Below, piece after piece: positions 1-13,654 of a DNA stretch of 64,000 bases (its first letter is position 1; every line of letters starts with the position of its first letter). Made by a program: the position numbers and the translations under genes. The notes beneath the pieces are model-generated. The model was not told the origin of the DNA. It made no database searches and saw only the letters and a program-made list of their open reading frames with translations. The stretch is from Moniliella sp. 'wahieum' (lineage: Eukaryota), in contig RSEE01000075.1 in the NCBI GenBank assembly GCA_003971905.1, positions 248,001-312,000 on the forward strand, in the 5' to 3' direction.

Positions 1-1055
1 GTTCTACTAGACTTGGGAGCAACGAAAGAGGTCATCACATTTACATTCCCGCATACTGTGGGTGGGCCAAACGCATGTCCCACACCGTCTTCTGTCCAGG
101 ACAAAGGGACCGTGCTTACTCGCCCTGAGCGTACCATCCGCTTGGCCCGGGTGTTGGACATGGTGCAATGTGCGGCGCGATTGGGCCACCCGGCCTCCTG
201 CAGGGTTGACTTGGCTGTGCTGTGCTTACGTCTGGGTATGGACCCATTCGAGGCGCCAATAGCCCGTTGCCGCGCTCTCTGCCAAGAGTTGGTCGACGGG
301 CTACCGGCCAATGGCGCTACCAGGACAGGGATGAGCGCCGAGCAAGTTGACCTACTGCTTCGCCGTACCTCGCACTTCCTTTCCCTCTCCCCCTCACCGA
401 GGTCTACTTTGCTGCTGTGCACTTGCTCCCAATCAGCTCGAATCAAGGCCGATCGATGACACGACGAGTGGCTGCGCGCTGCCTTTTGTCCGATACGGAC
501 GACGCTTCTTGCGCATCCACCTGGGGTGCCAATACCGATCCCGATACCGATGCCGACGCCGTCACCGTGACGCGCCTGGCGATCCTGTCGGAGCAAGCGG
601 CCCAAACCCACTCGCGCCTGGCAACCCTTATGCCTCCCAAGCGTCGGCCAACGAGCAGCCCGACTGGGCGCAGATCCGCGCCGCCGCGACCTTACCTCCT
701 TTGTCGTGGGCGATGTAGCGGCGTTGCGCCCTGGTCCCAGCCGAGCCCTGCGCGCGCTGGCCTGCCCAAGTCTTCCGGTGCGCCGAGCATCTTGACCGAC
801 CTTGCTCCGGCCGACACAGGCACGCAGGGCACACTACCCCTACCGGTTCCTGGGCCGGTTCCTGGGCCGGTGCCGGCGCAGCAGGCCGCACTCATCCGCC
901 TCGAGGCCGCGCTCCGCTTACAGAGCGGAGGCATTACTGACAACAATGGGGCGGTGCTGGAAAAGTCGTTGGCGCGCGATGCGCTGCTTCGTACGTCGCT
1001 CCAGTTGCGGTACCTTTTGCGAGCAGTGGGCGCGACCCAGCGCGGCATCGTCTAG
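1..1055 (+). CDS. 3' part of a hypothetical protein (5' end outside window)
   Basis: Overlapping ORFs 13..459 and 417..1055 with helical, protein-like composition joined by apparent frameshifts; no family confidently recognised. Confidence 0.45.
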
Positions 1056-1697
1056 CCATTTGGGCCTGTTGGTGCACTGTGCACTTCTACTTGGCCGGCT
1101 TGGTTCATGAAGACGATGAGGAGAGCGCTGCTGCTGCAGCAGTACTACCTCTCTTACATCCTGCTCCCGTTTCCTCATCCCCCTGGCAATGGGAATTGGG
1201 TGTTGCCATGCACACACGTAGCGGTCTGGAATGGTTGTGTCGGTAAAAGACAGAGGGAGATGATGGATACTCTGTGGGTTACACAAAAGAAGGAACAAGC
1301 CCCCCCCACCCATGGTCGCAGGAAGTAAGTGGACAGGCCGATAAGGTTACTCGAGAAAGAGAAACTAAGTGCCCATGGATGCAGATGATTCATCAGTCCG
1401 ACATTTAATTGCAGCAGCCAAGCGTGGCCCATGAATCACACAGTCCCTTCACGGAGGAGAGGTGGGATCCGACCTGGTCAGTGAGGAGTGAGGAAGCAAC
1501 TAGGAAGCAGTCGTCCATACACGGATTTGCCCGCGATGCTTGGCGCCCGAGTCGTCTATTTGCTGTAGGCATAACGTACAACATATGCAATCATGGCATT
1601 GGGGCAAAGATGATCGATGAGGGTGGATATCAACAGATGCAGTGAGATGGATGCCGGAGTGGGAAGGGAAAGAGGGAGCGTACTGCCGAGCTCAGCG

Positions 1698-3952
1698 TTA
1701 ACTGCTGAAAGGGACCAGGCGCCGCAGAGCTCCGACCCAGCTAGGTTGCGCTCGATCTGAGCGGCTCCCTTGACCTTGTTACCATTCTCGTCGGTCGAGC
1801 CCGACATGACCGACTTGTTCTCAATCGAGCGGCGCACGAGGTACGGCATCACCAGGTTGAGCGGGCCATAGGGGATGTACTTGAGCACCATATGGGGTCC
1901 AGCGCCTCCCGAGTAAGGGTCAAACGCAAGCTGCAGGCGACGGGTCAGGCCATCTGCCATGCCGAGAAGTTGGCCAAACACAATCCGACCGCGGATGTGC
2001 GGCTCGAGTTGAAGCATGACCAGCTCCGGTTTGTCCGTGGTAGTAGCCACCGCTTGAGGGTCTGGCTGTTCGTAGTGGTCTTCCACTTCCTTAAGCCGCT
2101 GCGTGTTGGGAGGCGAGGCGAGACCCAAGTCTACCATGCGGCGGGCCACCTTCATGCTGCTCTGCCAGTTGTGCGTAGCGAAGATGACGCTGATCCGGGG
2201 CCAGTGGTCGTCATTGACAGCAATATCCGACGCAATCTCATCAATCAACCGAACTGCACACCCGTCAAAGCAGCGGTCCGTCAACGTCTTGTTGCGCCAC
2301 ACGGCGAACGCCATTCCGATTCGTCCTCCCCATTCTTCGTCTCGGCCCGTACCAGTGCCTCTGCCTCGGTCGAAGCCGGAGGAGTCAGGACGTCTTCTTG
2401 GCCCATTGCTTGTTCTCCGACTCAACATAGCCCCGCGTACCAGCTTGACGCCAACAGTGTATCCCTGCGCACGCGCACGTTCAATTGACGCGGCAAGGTA
2501 CGAGGGGGTACGACGAAGGTAGGCCTGGTAAGGTGTTAAATATCAGAGGCCCCGGCACGTCCTCGCCATTCTCTGGCAACGACGTCTGAGCGTTGCTGGG
2601 CTTACTCCCCCAAGGCAGAACGCGCCTGTACCATGCGTCGCGTGCGTTCCCTCCGCGCTGGGCAGCGGCAGGGATCCGATTGAATTCGTTGGCCAGCGCT
2701 TCGTACATGGCATCAATCGCCGGTTGGAACCAACTGTACTCTGCGTCCACGACTAGCCGTACATTGCCCACGTCACGAGCTTTGATGGCCAGCTGGCGGA
2801 GACTCTGGTACAGCTCCTTGAGCGATTCCTGGTCAGCCTTGGGAAGCCCCGCAATCGGGATGGCCAAGCCGGCCGCCGCACCAAACGCGCCATTCACAGT
2901 GAAAGGAGGGGCCGGGGAGGGCGGGGAAGAAAAGTGTTCACGCGGAACGATCACACTGCTCGCTCGCTCCAGCACAGTGGGATCTTTGAGCGCCCCCGAG
3001 AGTTTAATGGCAATCATGGTGGAGCCGTTGCGCAAGGGACGCTCTTTGAGCTCCAGGGCTTCTTCCGACGAGAGCGCACCTTGCGTGTCCGGAATGTGGG
3101 CAAACCGACCCGCCACTTCAACCGACTCCATCAGATCGTCAATGATCGAGTCATAGATGAAGCGGTACTTGGGCGGGCGGGGTTAGCTGCTTCGGCCATC
3201 GCAGCCTCACCTCCTTGCCGCCACGGCGCATGCGGATACGGCGCTTGGCCGTGGCACGTCTCGGCATCCAGGTCGGTCGTCGAGCCATCACTGGATGGAT
3301 CATCTCCACACTAAAGTTGAGCAAGGCACCCAAATTGTCACGCGACAAGTTCTGCATCAAGGGAATGCAATCCTCGGCACATTCAGCCCCGACAAACTGA
3401 TGAGATACACCAGGTTAGCTCAATGTTAGCGGAACAGTAAGGGGAAAACATACCTGCTTGAAGAATGTTTTCTCGATCAGCCACGTGGTGGCCATGTTCA
3501 CACCGGGGATCGATGTAGTCAGCCCCCAATCAAGCAACCCCGGGGCAACATCAATCAGCTGGGGAATACAGCACATGGAGTAGACGGCAAAGCGAGAGAG
3601 TAGGTCGCTGGTGGCCATGTGACGGAAAGGACGGGGTCAACATAGGTAAGAGCTTCGCCATTGACAGGAATGAGATGGGCCTCTTCAAATGGCACTCTAG
3701 AAGCACCCAGACCCGATAGCGCTTTGCGGTTCTTGATCACCGCCTCGTGGGCTGTTTCGGGAGAAGCATTGTTTTCAGTCTCAAGATCCAGCAGCTCGAG
3801 CTTAGGTTGCTGAGCCGATTCGGCAAACAGAACATGGCCCGACTGGACCGTCGCCAACAGCACCGTGAGCGTGGCGGCGGCAGTGCCCCAGCGAACGTAG
3901 TCCCGTCGCAGGGAGAGGGGCGATGAGCAGAAGAGGAGGCGTGCCGGAGCAT
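1698..3952 (-). CDS. PUT1: Proline dehydrogenase (proline oxidase), mitochondrial
   Basis: Motifs AIKLSG, LVVDAEYSWFQPAID, FATHN, FGQLLGMAD, KYIPYGP..VMPYLVRRSIEN across ORFs 2481..3131 and 1556..2428; GT-AG intron 3397-3453; Arg/Ser-rich N-terminus; several 1-nt frameshifts. Confidence 0.92.
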
Positions 3953-5135
3953 CAGATGAGCACGGCGGCCGGCGACAAGGCCAGCGCGGCGCGTGACGCA
4001 CTCAGGGGGGGAGCATGCTCGTAGGGGTCTGAGTGGGGACGAAGGCAAGGGAGTAGGAGGAGGCGGCGCAGAAGGAACCTTACATCTTATACCCGGCCCG
4101 CACCCGCATCGAACCGAGATAACTAACTTGGTATTGTATCCGCCCCGGTGTGCGCTATATAACCGCCGCCGATATTTAGCCGTCCCCCGCCGCACCTGGC
4201 CAGTGTCCAAAATCAGCCGCTGTCTGACCAGTGCCATGCTGCCGCAAGGGACACTGCCGCCCTGCCTGGGTGATGGCAGTGTGACAGGCGACACCCCATG
4301 GAAATTGCCTCATCGATCATCTCGATCATCGGAGCCAGCGAGAGTGTCCAGCCCTTGAACTACCTACCCAACGGAGCAAGTGTTCTACTACTGGCTTGAA
4401 GCTTGAAGCTTGACGTCCGCCCCATTCCCTGGCGCCGGTGCCGGCCGGGGCTGAGGCGCTGGGGCTCCTCCGCCTGGGCTGGCCGTGTGGGCGTGTGGCG
4501 TTGGGTGTGGTCCTGAGCCGTCCTGGCCTGTGGGGTGCAGCAGTGGTGCAGCTGACCAGCACTCCATTATGCAGGCTGGTAACAAACTCAAATGTCAAGG
4601 TTTGCCCCAGCCCCCCATTGCGGCAAATTTTGCTTCGCCTTCCCACAACCCCGACGGATCTCACTTCTCACTCTCTTATCTCATCTCCATCCATGCTCGG
4701 ATCTCTCATTTCCGAGCTTGCCTCTTTGCCACGAAGTCTCTGCCAATTGACTACTTGCCTTCCCCCGACCGATCTTCTTGGTTAATTCAGACATGGCCTT
4801 GGCAGAACTAACGAGGGACATAGGACTCGCCTACGCCAGCCGCTCCGCTCTCCGGCGTTTCGCTACTTGAAGTAGATACCAGCCCACCCTCGTAATCCAG
4901 GGGGTCATGTGATCGATGACATTGAAATTTGACATGTGAGCATGTGAAGCCGCAGTGACCAGTACTAGGTGCAGTGGAATTCCGCTGATGTTCCGCACCC
5001 AAACCACCCTTTTGAAATTACGTCATGGTTGCATCCACCGATTGGCGCACGAGCTGCGATTTTTTCTTCGCCCCGCTTGCCCTCCCCACCCACCCGATCC
5101 AGACACTCTCCACCAACAGCCCATCTTTGCCCTCC

Positions 5136-6285
5136 ATGAGTACGACAGTGCAGAAGATCGCTGAGATCGAGTCCGAGATTGCTCGAACCCAGAAGAACAA
5201 GGCTACTTCCTACCACCTTGGCCACTCCGCGCCAAGCTCGCCAAGCTAAAGCGCGAGCTCATCACTCCCTCTGGCGGCGGTGGCGGCGGCGGTGCTGGTT
5301 TCGATGTGGCTCGCACAGGCATTGCCTCGGTCGGATTTGTCGGCTTTCCTTCAGTAGGGAAGTCAACACTAATGTCCGGCTTAACCGGCACGACATGATG
5401 CGGCTTCTACGAGTTCACTACATGTAAGTCTTCCCCCATCCGCTTTTTGTTCTCGTCAGTATGCTGACGCCATTCCAGTAACGACGGTCCCTGGTACGAT
5501 GTTGGTGCATGGCGCGCGGGTTCAGATTCTTGACCTGCCTGGTATCATTGAGGGCGCTAAGGACGGAAAAGGTCGTGGTAAGCAGGTCATTGCTGTCGCA
5601 CGGACCTGCAACTTGATTTTCATTGTGCTGGACGTGCTCAAGCCCATTTCCCACAAGGCCATCATCGAGCGTGAATTGGAAGGCTTTGGTATCCGGCTCA
5701 ACAAAAAGCCTCCTCATCATCTGTCAAGAAAAAGGAAAAGGTGGAATCAACATTACCCACACGGTGCCGCTCACGAAGATTGACCGGACGAGGTGCGTGC
5801 GGTGCTGTCCGAGTACCGCATTTCCAACGCCGAGGTGGCGTTCAAGGAAGACGCCACGCTGGAAGACTTGATTGACGTGGTGGAGGGTAACCGGATGTAT
5901 GTTCCGGTCATCTATGTGCTAAACAAGATTGACGGCATTTCGATTGAGGAGTTGGACCTGCTGTACAAGATCCCGTACGCCTGCCCCATCTCGAGCCGCC
6001 TTTGGCTCAATGTGGACGAGTTGATTGAACAGATGTGGGATCGGCTGAACCTGGTGCGAGTCTACACGCGACCCAAGGGCCTTGCACCCGACTACACCGC
6101 GCCCGTCGTGCTCCGTACTGGCCGGTCGAGTGTCGAAGACTTTTGCAATGCTGTGCACAAGGACATCATCAAGGAGTTCAAAACGCCATGGTCTGGGGCA
6201 AGTCGGCCAAGCACCCCAAGGGGCAGCGTGTGGGCGCGGACCACATCCTCCAGGACGAGGACATTGTCTGCATCTTCAAAAGTAA
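5136..6285 (+). CDS. RBG1: Developmentally regulated GTP-binding protein (DRG family, TGS domain)
   Basis: [74 protein letters not shown]; intron ~5424-5478; frameshifts. Confidence 0.93.
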
Positions 6286-6733
6286 ACTCAGCCCGCCCGG
6301 CGGCGCGACGATCTGGGGAGAGAGAGGGAGGGGTAACTGCTCAAGTGCTGACTCTGTACCCGCCCTTTGCCTGTGATTCCCTTATGCATGGTGGTGGATG
6401 CAACGAGAGGATGTTAGTGGAGGCAGACAGATGTGCTACAACGAGTTGCGAAGGGTGGATGGCCATAGAGTAAGCGGGACCCGAGAGTGGGCAAGCTGGG
6501 GCCAGCCGCGTGGGCCGAGGGCCCGGTGGCGCCTGGCCACCGAGGGAGTGAGTTCTGGAGAGAATTGGGTCTGCGGTGGGCGGGTTTAACGTTTAACCGG
6601 CAACCGGTAACCCAGAGCTTGGAAATGAACATTTCATCCCCCACTACAAGAGACGCGTCGGGGACGCCTTCGCCTGCCCGCACGCCACGAATCATTACCC
6701 AGCGCGCTCGCCCTCGCGCTGCTCCTGGCCAGC

Positions 6734-8727
6734 ATGCCGACGGCCACAGTCCTCGACTCGGACGACGACGACATCGTCGCCATCGATGTCGTGCCTCGCC
6801 GCTCGCCTCCCGCCCCACCGCGTGTGCCGCGCCCCACCTCCCCCGCTTCCAATACCTCTGCTCCACCCCGGGCGAGGAGGGCCGTCCGGCCTGCTGTGCG
6901 TGCTCCCGCACTCGCCAGCCGCCTCTCCTCCGTCCTGACTCGTCGGTTCCTCTGATGATGCCCATCTGGACGGCATCCTCGCCCGCCTCGCACCCACCGC
7001 CCTGGCACGCGGCAGTCGCCGCCCCCTGCCCGCACCCAATCACACGAACCTCGTCCCACCTGCAAGCGCTGCAGGGCCGCACAGCTTGTCCCACGCACAG
7101 GCATGCAACGCGCGCACACGGCTGCTACTACTCGTGCCCGACCATTAGGCAAGCGCCCTGCGCCAAGCAACCCTCTGCCGGCCTGTTCTCTCGTGACTCG
7201 AGCAACAGTGGCTTTTCAGCGACGAGGACCCTGCTGCCGCCCGTGCCATGCTGACCGAGTTGGAAGCATCGCAATCCCAAGCATCTACGTCCACAGCGAC
7301 CAAGCGCCCCCATTGACCCAAGCGAGAAGGAGAGGATGGCACAAGCTAAGAAGGCATGTCCCACTTTCCTTCTTCTCATCTACTGGCGACTGACTCGGAT
7401 TTTCATCTGCAGGCGGAACGGAGCAGCTCAAGGCCCAGCAGCAGCGAAAGAAAGCAGAAAGGCCACTCAGGCTGAGCGTGACAAGGCCTGGCAGCAGGCC
7501 AACAAGCTTCGTACCGACAAGGCTTCCAGTATGCCTGAATTGCGCGTCGAGATGGACTACACTCTTTGTTCGCCTACAGGGCCACTGCCTCGTGCGCACG
7601 AGCTCATTAAGCAAAACCTTGAAGAAGACGGAGCCGAGGTGGTGATCGCTTCGGAGACTGATGTGGCGCCGGGTCCGTACGCTCACGCTGGCCGTCGATG
7701 AGGAGTTGCAAGCCTTGTTGGCTGGCTTGTCGACGATTCGGGTGATCCGAAAGAGTTGTGCGATTCTGGATCCGGTGAGGAGGACGTTTGTCCCGCTTGC
7801 GCCGGGGCAAGTGGTACTTGAGGAAGAGAAGACGATTTTTGCCCTTCTAACCCACATTCGCTTACTCGAATTGGTGGAACAAAAGGCGTTGCTTCGAACC
7901 ATGCGGTCGTTTCGTGAGTGCATGGGGTACGAGACACACCAAATTGTGATGCTTACCTATGGCCTCGACAACTTCTTTCGCCTGCGGACCAAGCTGTTAA
8001 TCGAGAGTATACGGAGCATATCCGTAATGATGTGGGACAGGGCGCTGGGGCTGTACCTACCACAAGGCCCACCCGAAGGAGAGTCAGCAAGTGGCCGATA
8101 TCAGTGTAACACGGGACAGTTGGACATGGAGCTGGTCCGGCTGCGTATCGCCGAACGGTGCTACCTGACCAAGGTGGAAAAGAGCACGATGTGGTGCCTT
8201 GGGTCATGAGTATGATTCGGGACATCGCAATTCGACCGTACAAGTACGTTGATCCCTGTAATCGTCCGAATTGGCTTGCTAAATTTTTCAAAGGCTGCTA
8301 GCTCTCGTTCGCACCTGCCGATGGCGGGTATCGAGTAAATTCCCCTCGGAGCAACGCAAGGGAAACGTTCGAACTGATGCTTCAGCAAGTCGTACGTCCT
8401 CGTCTCTCTCTCTAATCCGGTTCCATTGACTGACCCTATCATGGCAGCCGCGAGTTACCAAACAATTTGCTCAGGAGATCGTTTCCCACTTTGGCACACT
8501 ACGAGCGTTTCTAGACCGATGCGCTCAGGTCTTGGATGACTCGGGGGCAGATCAACAGTTATGGCCTGCCGACTGCGAGTGATGCACTGGTGCAAGAGAT
8601 TGCCCAAATCAAGGTGGAACGTAATTCTCAGGCCCAGTTGGCAAGCCACCGCAACAAGAGCGCGTTGGCTCGTCGGATTGTCTTTGTGTTCCTTTCCCTC
8701 GACGCTCTGGCACTTATCAATGCGTAG
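6734..8727 (+). CDS. Crossover-junction endonuclease subunit, EME1/MMS4-like (ERCC4 domain)
   Basis: Low-complexity N-terminus, then ANKLRTDK..MPEL, LDMELVRLRIAERC, DIAIRPYK and a C-terminal ALARRIVFVFLSLD, as in fungal Eme1/Mms4; multiple frameshifts. Confidence 0.7.
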
Positions 8728-11145
8728 GCCCTTGCCACTCTGCTGTCGATCTTGTGCCTCTACAATTCTGTGTTCTGCATCCCCTTCGCTGTTGTTTCCT
8801 GCGGCTTGCATCCTGTTATCGTCTCTCTCCATTTCCAGCCATGATATGAAGCCGCATGCCCTAGCACGGTCTTCCTTTGGAGACTGAATTACATGGTATC
8901 ACTCGTCCTCAGTGCCACAAGCATTTTGCCCCTGTTCTTAAGCATTCATGCTATTAGGGTTTTTGTCTAACCCATCGATCTCACCTAAAGGGGTTGGCAA
9001 CCAACGTGTGGAGAGTCATTTTTGTCGAAGCCAACTTGAGCTGTATGAGCACACCTGCTGATGTACTACTACGATTACCCAAGAGCCTGAAGTGAAAGTG
9101 AAGATCCATTGGCTCACAGTCAGCGAGAACTTCCAACTGTTCACCAAATGAAATGCAAAGGGAAGTCCGACGGAAAAAAAAGTCGCGGGGGACGAGAAGA
9201 CAATTGAGGTTGGGGAACCAGGAGAGCCAAGAACGCCGAGTACACGTCTGATGAGAGTGTTGTCTCTCCGACTCCATAAGAGATGGCAAAAACTTTGAGT
9301 CAGGGACATAGAAAACATCATCTTGATGCCCACATCAGATGGGTGCTCATCAATCCTCATCTTCCGCGTTGAATTGGCGTCATCTCTCCATCAGGATTAA
9401 TGGCGCCACCAGCAGGTCAAGACCACTGCCCCTCCCGTATAGGGATCAACGTGGTGTGGGCTTATTGCGAGCGTTGTGAGGTATCTCTCCAATAAGACTG
9501 GTCGTCTATAGAGTTCTTTCTGTCATTCATCAAACAATTTCTTATAGCACACTCTTGCTTATGACGCAGCTTACCCTCGCGACGTCATGACAGTCACAGT
9601 GGTTAGTAGGGCCAGTAGTGTTGAGTGTGCCTCTGGTACTTTGCCTTTGTTTAGTCCCATTAAACGAGCAACGGGTGGTGCAGAACTCTCTTTTCTCCCT
9701 TTTGCCTCTCCGTCAGACGTGGACCTACTAATATCGTCGCGTTTTTTTTTGCCATCGGACATGAACGCCTCCTTCATCATCCTCAGCGAACCCCTCAAGC
9801 CCTCCTGTAGTCCATCTACATCCCCCTGATTCATCTGAATTAACGCACCTGCCAGTATTACCATTCCCTGACCCGAAGGCTGCGATCAACATCCTGCACA
9901 GCTTCTCCTATAACTCATGCTTACCCTTGCTCACCCCTTTCTCACCTCCGTGACCGTGAGAGCACCGAGGCTCAACCGAGGTTCTCACTGGCGTATTCAT
10001 ACTCAGCACAAACGAATAGCGTAGTGCATGATGAAGAGAAGCTTGAAGCTTGAAGCTCCATAATTGGAACTTCATCATTGCTTTAAGCATTGTAATTTAA
10101 GCGCCAAGCCCTCTTCACCAGCTTCGCCCCCCACAGATTATCAACTTATGGGTGTACGAAGCGCGGAAGAACGTGACATGGACCGTTCTCCCCCCTAACC
10201 CCTCCGCACTGCCCCACAACTGTGATGAACTAAAGAGCGTTCAAAACGTCACCATGCTATGATCGACGTGATCATGTTTTTGGGTAGAGTCACCATGTAA
10301 CCCGAAGCCCATACGGCGCTTAGCGTCTGGCGCTTAGTGATTGGCGTTTATTGGAGGTGGCGAGAGGAGAGATAATCGAAAAGGAAGCGTCTGTAGTCCA
10401 CGGCTCACAATATATTAGACAGTGGTGCGCACCAGTACGAATTTTGTTGGTGTCGATGCGGTTGACACTTCCAGCAGTGACGCAGTGCCCCGCTGTGGCT
10501 TCGTTGGTGCAATTTTGAGGTCGGCACGGGGGCAGCGCGGGGGCGGTAGGCTGGTTGTCCCGACCCCGCATGGGGGCAGCCGACCCTAGTCCTCATATCA
10601 CTCAGTTCAGCGTTCAAGCTTCGAGAGGGAGGGTGTGCGCTCAGGCTGAGCCCAGGCGCCAATTGGCGAGTATACAATACGGGCGAGATAATGTCGATAA
10701 CCAGTAACTAGTAACTCGCCACTGTAGTAATTACCGAGGTTGCCTACAGCAGACCAGCGATGACGCTCTGTGCTCAAGCCCCGTATCAGCTACGAGTCAG
10801 CTATCTTTGGCTCAGCCCTCAGGCTGAGGCTCACACTCCAGCACTCGAGCACTCTACCCAAGCATCGGTGCTTCACCGCCGAAAAGACTTCTAAGCGCCA
10901 GCATATTCGTTTTGTGACCGCCCGTATCGCATCGATATCCTCAAGAGTAGGTTGAGCAATGTACCATTGCCATGATGTAGACTCCGTAACACAGGTATAT
11001 AAGTAGCTTACATTGGCTTGCATTAGCTCTATCTCACCAACCTCACCGGCACACACACGCCTTGATCAGCTCTATCCACTGCCTCCTATCACTTCCTCTT
11101 CCTCCCATCCATCATCCCCCAAACCCGCATTATTCTCTCAGGAAC

Positions 11146-12559
11146 ATGGAAGTCATCAACAACATCAACCCAGCCGTCGGCAAGGCCAACCTAGCCCCAT
11201 CCACGGTGTGCCGATGGGGGGAAGTTGTTCGACCCTGCTGTGCATCTCGCGTACGAAAAGCCGCTCGAAGACGGATGCATGTCCATGGCCGACTTGGCTT
11301 TGGGAAACCTCAATGCACCTTCCACGCGGGGTTGTTCCAGCCCTTTCCCTCTGGCATCGTACGAAGGCGTCAAAGCAATGCGACAGGCAATTTTTCAGCC
11401 AAACGTACTGGACCATCACATGATGCAGTCTGCGCTGGCTGGGCCTCATGCCCAATTGCGCGGCATGGCCCCGGAGGCATCCAAGTTTGTGTATGACTTT
11501 TGGATGCATCCCAAAACGCTGGCAGCCGTCTCAGAAGCAGCTGGTGAAGATTTGGTCCCCGTCTTTGACTATGAGGTACGTCCCAGCCTTTTCATACTTA
11601 TGGAGTTCATCAGGGATGAACTAACTGAATCTTTTTCTTTTCACAAAGTTGGGGCACACAAAATCCAAATCCCAGCCGGGTGGGACCGGCGCGAGTACAT
11701 TAACACGCTGTCGGCGGACCCATTTGCCAAATCGCATGTCTCTGTCGCACCCAAGGATGGGAAGAAGACAAAGCCCGTCGTGGGTTTATCACCGTGACGC
11801 CTACCCTTGGGTTTGCGTTCTCATGCTATCTGACGTCGAAGGCATGGAGGGGGAGAGACCGAGATCCGACGTGGCGATGGGGAGGCGATCAAAGCAATTG
11901 GACCGAGCCTGGGATCGTGTGTGATGATGCAGGGTGGCTACATTACCCATGCCGCTCTTCCTTGCAACAATGCATTTGAGCGCATCACCATGGTCACCTC
12001 CTTCCGTCCCAAGCGCGCGACGGAAGACATTACGAGCTTGCATAACATTCGCAACTGCTCCAACACGCACGAGGTGTACGACCAGTACGTCGTGTCTCGA
12101 CTTGATCTGGTGCAGCAAACCCTTGATGGCTACAAGCTATGCTCGCTCACCGTCGCCGGGCCATTGAGGATGCTTACGGCCGGTCGCGGAGGCCTCAAGG
12201 CCCCAACGGTTGATTTCGACGAACTCCGTCAGCTTAAACAGGTGGTCGATGGTGTGTTTGCCAATGCCTTGAACCAGATGAAGCCGTTTGGTTTAGACCC
12301 TGAAGGCGACGACAAGTGGACTCCGGCTCCACGCATGGTCCAAGAGACCTCATCAAGCTGTGAATGTGAAGTTGCGTACTCTGCATTCATAGACGCGTGG
12401 GGTGTTTCAAGCCTGATGGACATTTACGCCCGTCCCTTCTTCCCCCCATTCCCCCTCACCGCAATTGTGTATATGTTCCAATTAGCAGCGTTCTTACCGC
12501 TCATATGCCTGTCGATACAACTCAACCAATTGAAGTCAAATCATTCCAAGGAAATGTGA
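11146..12559 (+). CDS. Fe(II)/2-oxoglutarate dioxygenase-like protein of unknown substrate
   Basis: FDPAVHLAYEKP, SPFPL, LVPVFDYE|LGHT, HRDAYPWVCVLMLSD (HxD), QGGYITHAA (distal His), ERITMVTSFRP; intron 11576-11648; true stop probably earlier (~12370). Confidence 0.75.
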
Positions 12560-13654
12560 CTCGAAGGTGGATCGGTAGTGCCATCCATCTCGATCTGGGT
12601 CCCTTTCGCTGGCGGCGAACGGAAGGTCTTTTTTGAGGGAAAGGGGCCGGGTCGGGGGAGGAGTGCAGCAGATATCTGATCGATGAGTGTAATCGCTGTG
12701 CGTTCGTCGTCGTTATCATATGTTAGTGGATCTTTAATTGATTGATGTGCGTATAATTTAACGCGCAGCACCAGGGCAACGCCGCGCTTAAAAATCCTCT
12801 ACCGTATCTCTGTTATTTTTCATCGACTCTGGCAAGAATATTGACTCGATAAGCAATTCGATCAAGATGACCAATGAAGCTGATGATCGATGAAGCTTGA
12901 AGTCGATGAAGTCCATGCAGGCGGCTAGTTCAACACGTTCAACAGGCGGGGGTGCGTATTCTCATTCAGGTGGAGGTACCTTACATGTTACAGGGGATTT
13001 CTAGTAACCGTCCTGTCCACATGGGTCAGTCAGTTTCATCCCGCAACTATCGTCGTTCAAGCTACTTATGATGGGATCTTGCAACCTGTGCAGATGACTC
13101 TCCTCCCGAACGGGAGTTCAAGCGGCTGTGTTCAGCACATCGCTTCTGTACAGCCTGTATCTAACTAGAAAAGGGGCCACCGACGGGCCTACGGCCCGGT
13201 CTTTCGCCCCAGTCTGTTCCTTCGCCACTGTTAACCGTTTCACGACGCCCGCAGAACGGGTCGGTTTAGGCGCAGCGTTTCTTTGTCCCAGCCTTAAGCT
13301 CTGTCAATGATATGGTTACAGTATAGAGATTAGGGTCTAGAGACCTGCGCCTGTTCTCTCTCTCGTCGAGGGCAAAGGTGTCAAAAGCATGCTAATTAAA
13401 GCATCGAGCACTGGTGGGCTCCTGCGGCGGGAAAAGAGGTAGAGTATAATGCCATCAGTCGTGAACGTGTGAAGCCCATATACAAGACAGAAGCTTCTTC
13501 AAGAACGACAACCGATAAACCCGATTGCTCGACCAGGCCTGCGTAGGCTTCAGATTCTAGGCGCGCGCCTGTACTGAAGGAAAATCACTGATCTTACATC
13601 AATATACCGGCAGAGGAGAGTTGTTCCTTAGGGAAACATGTAGGTATTGTTGCC

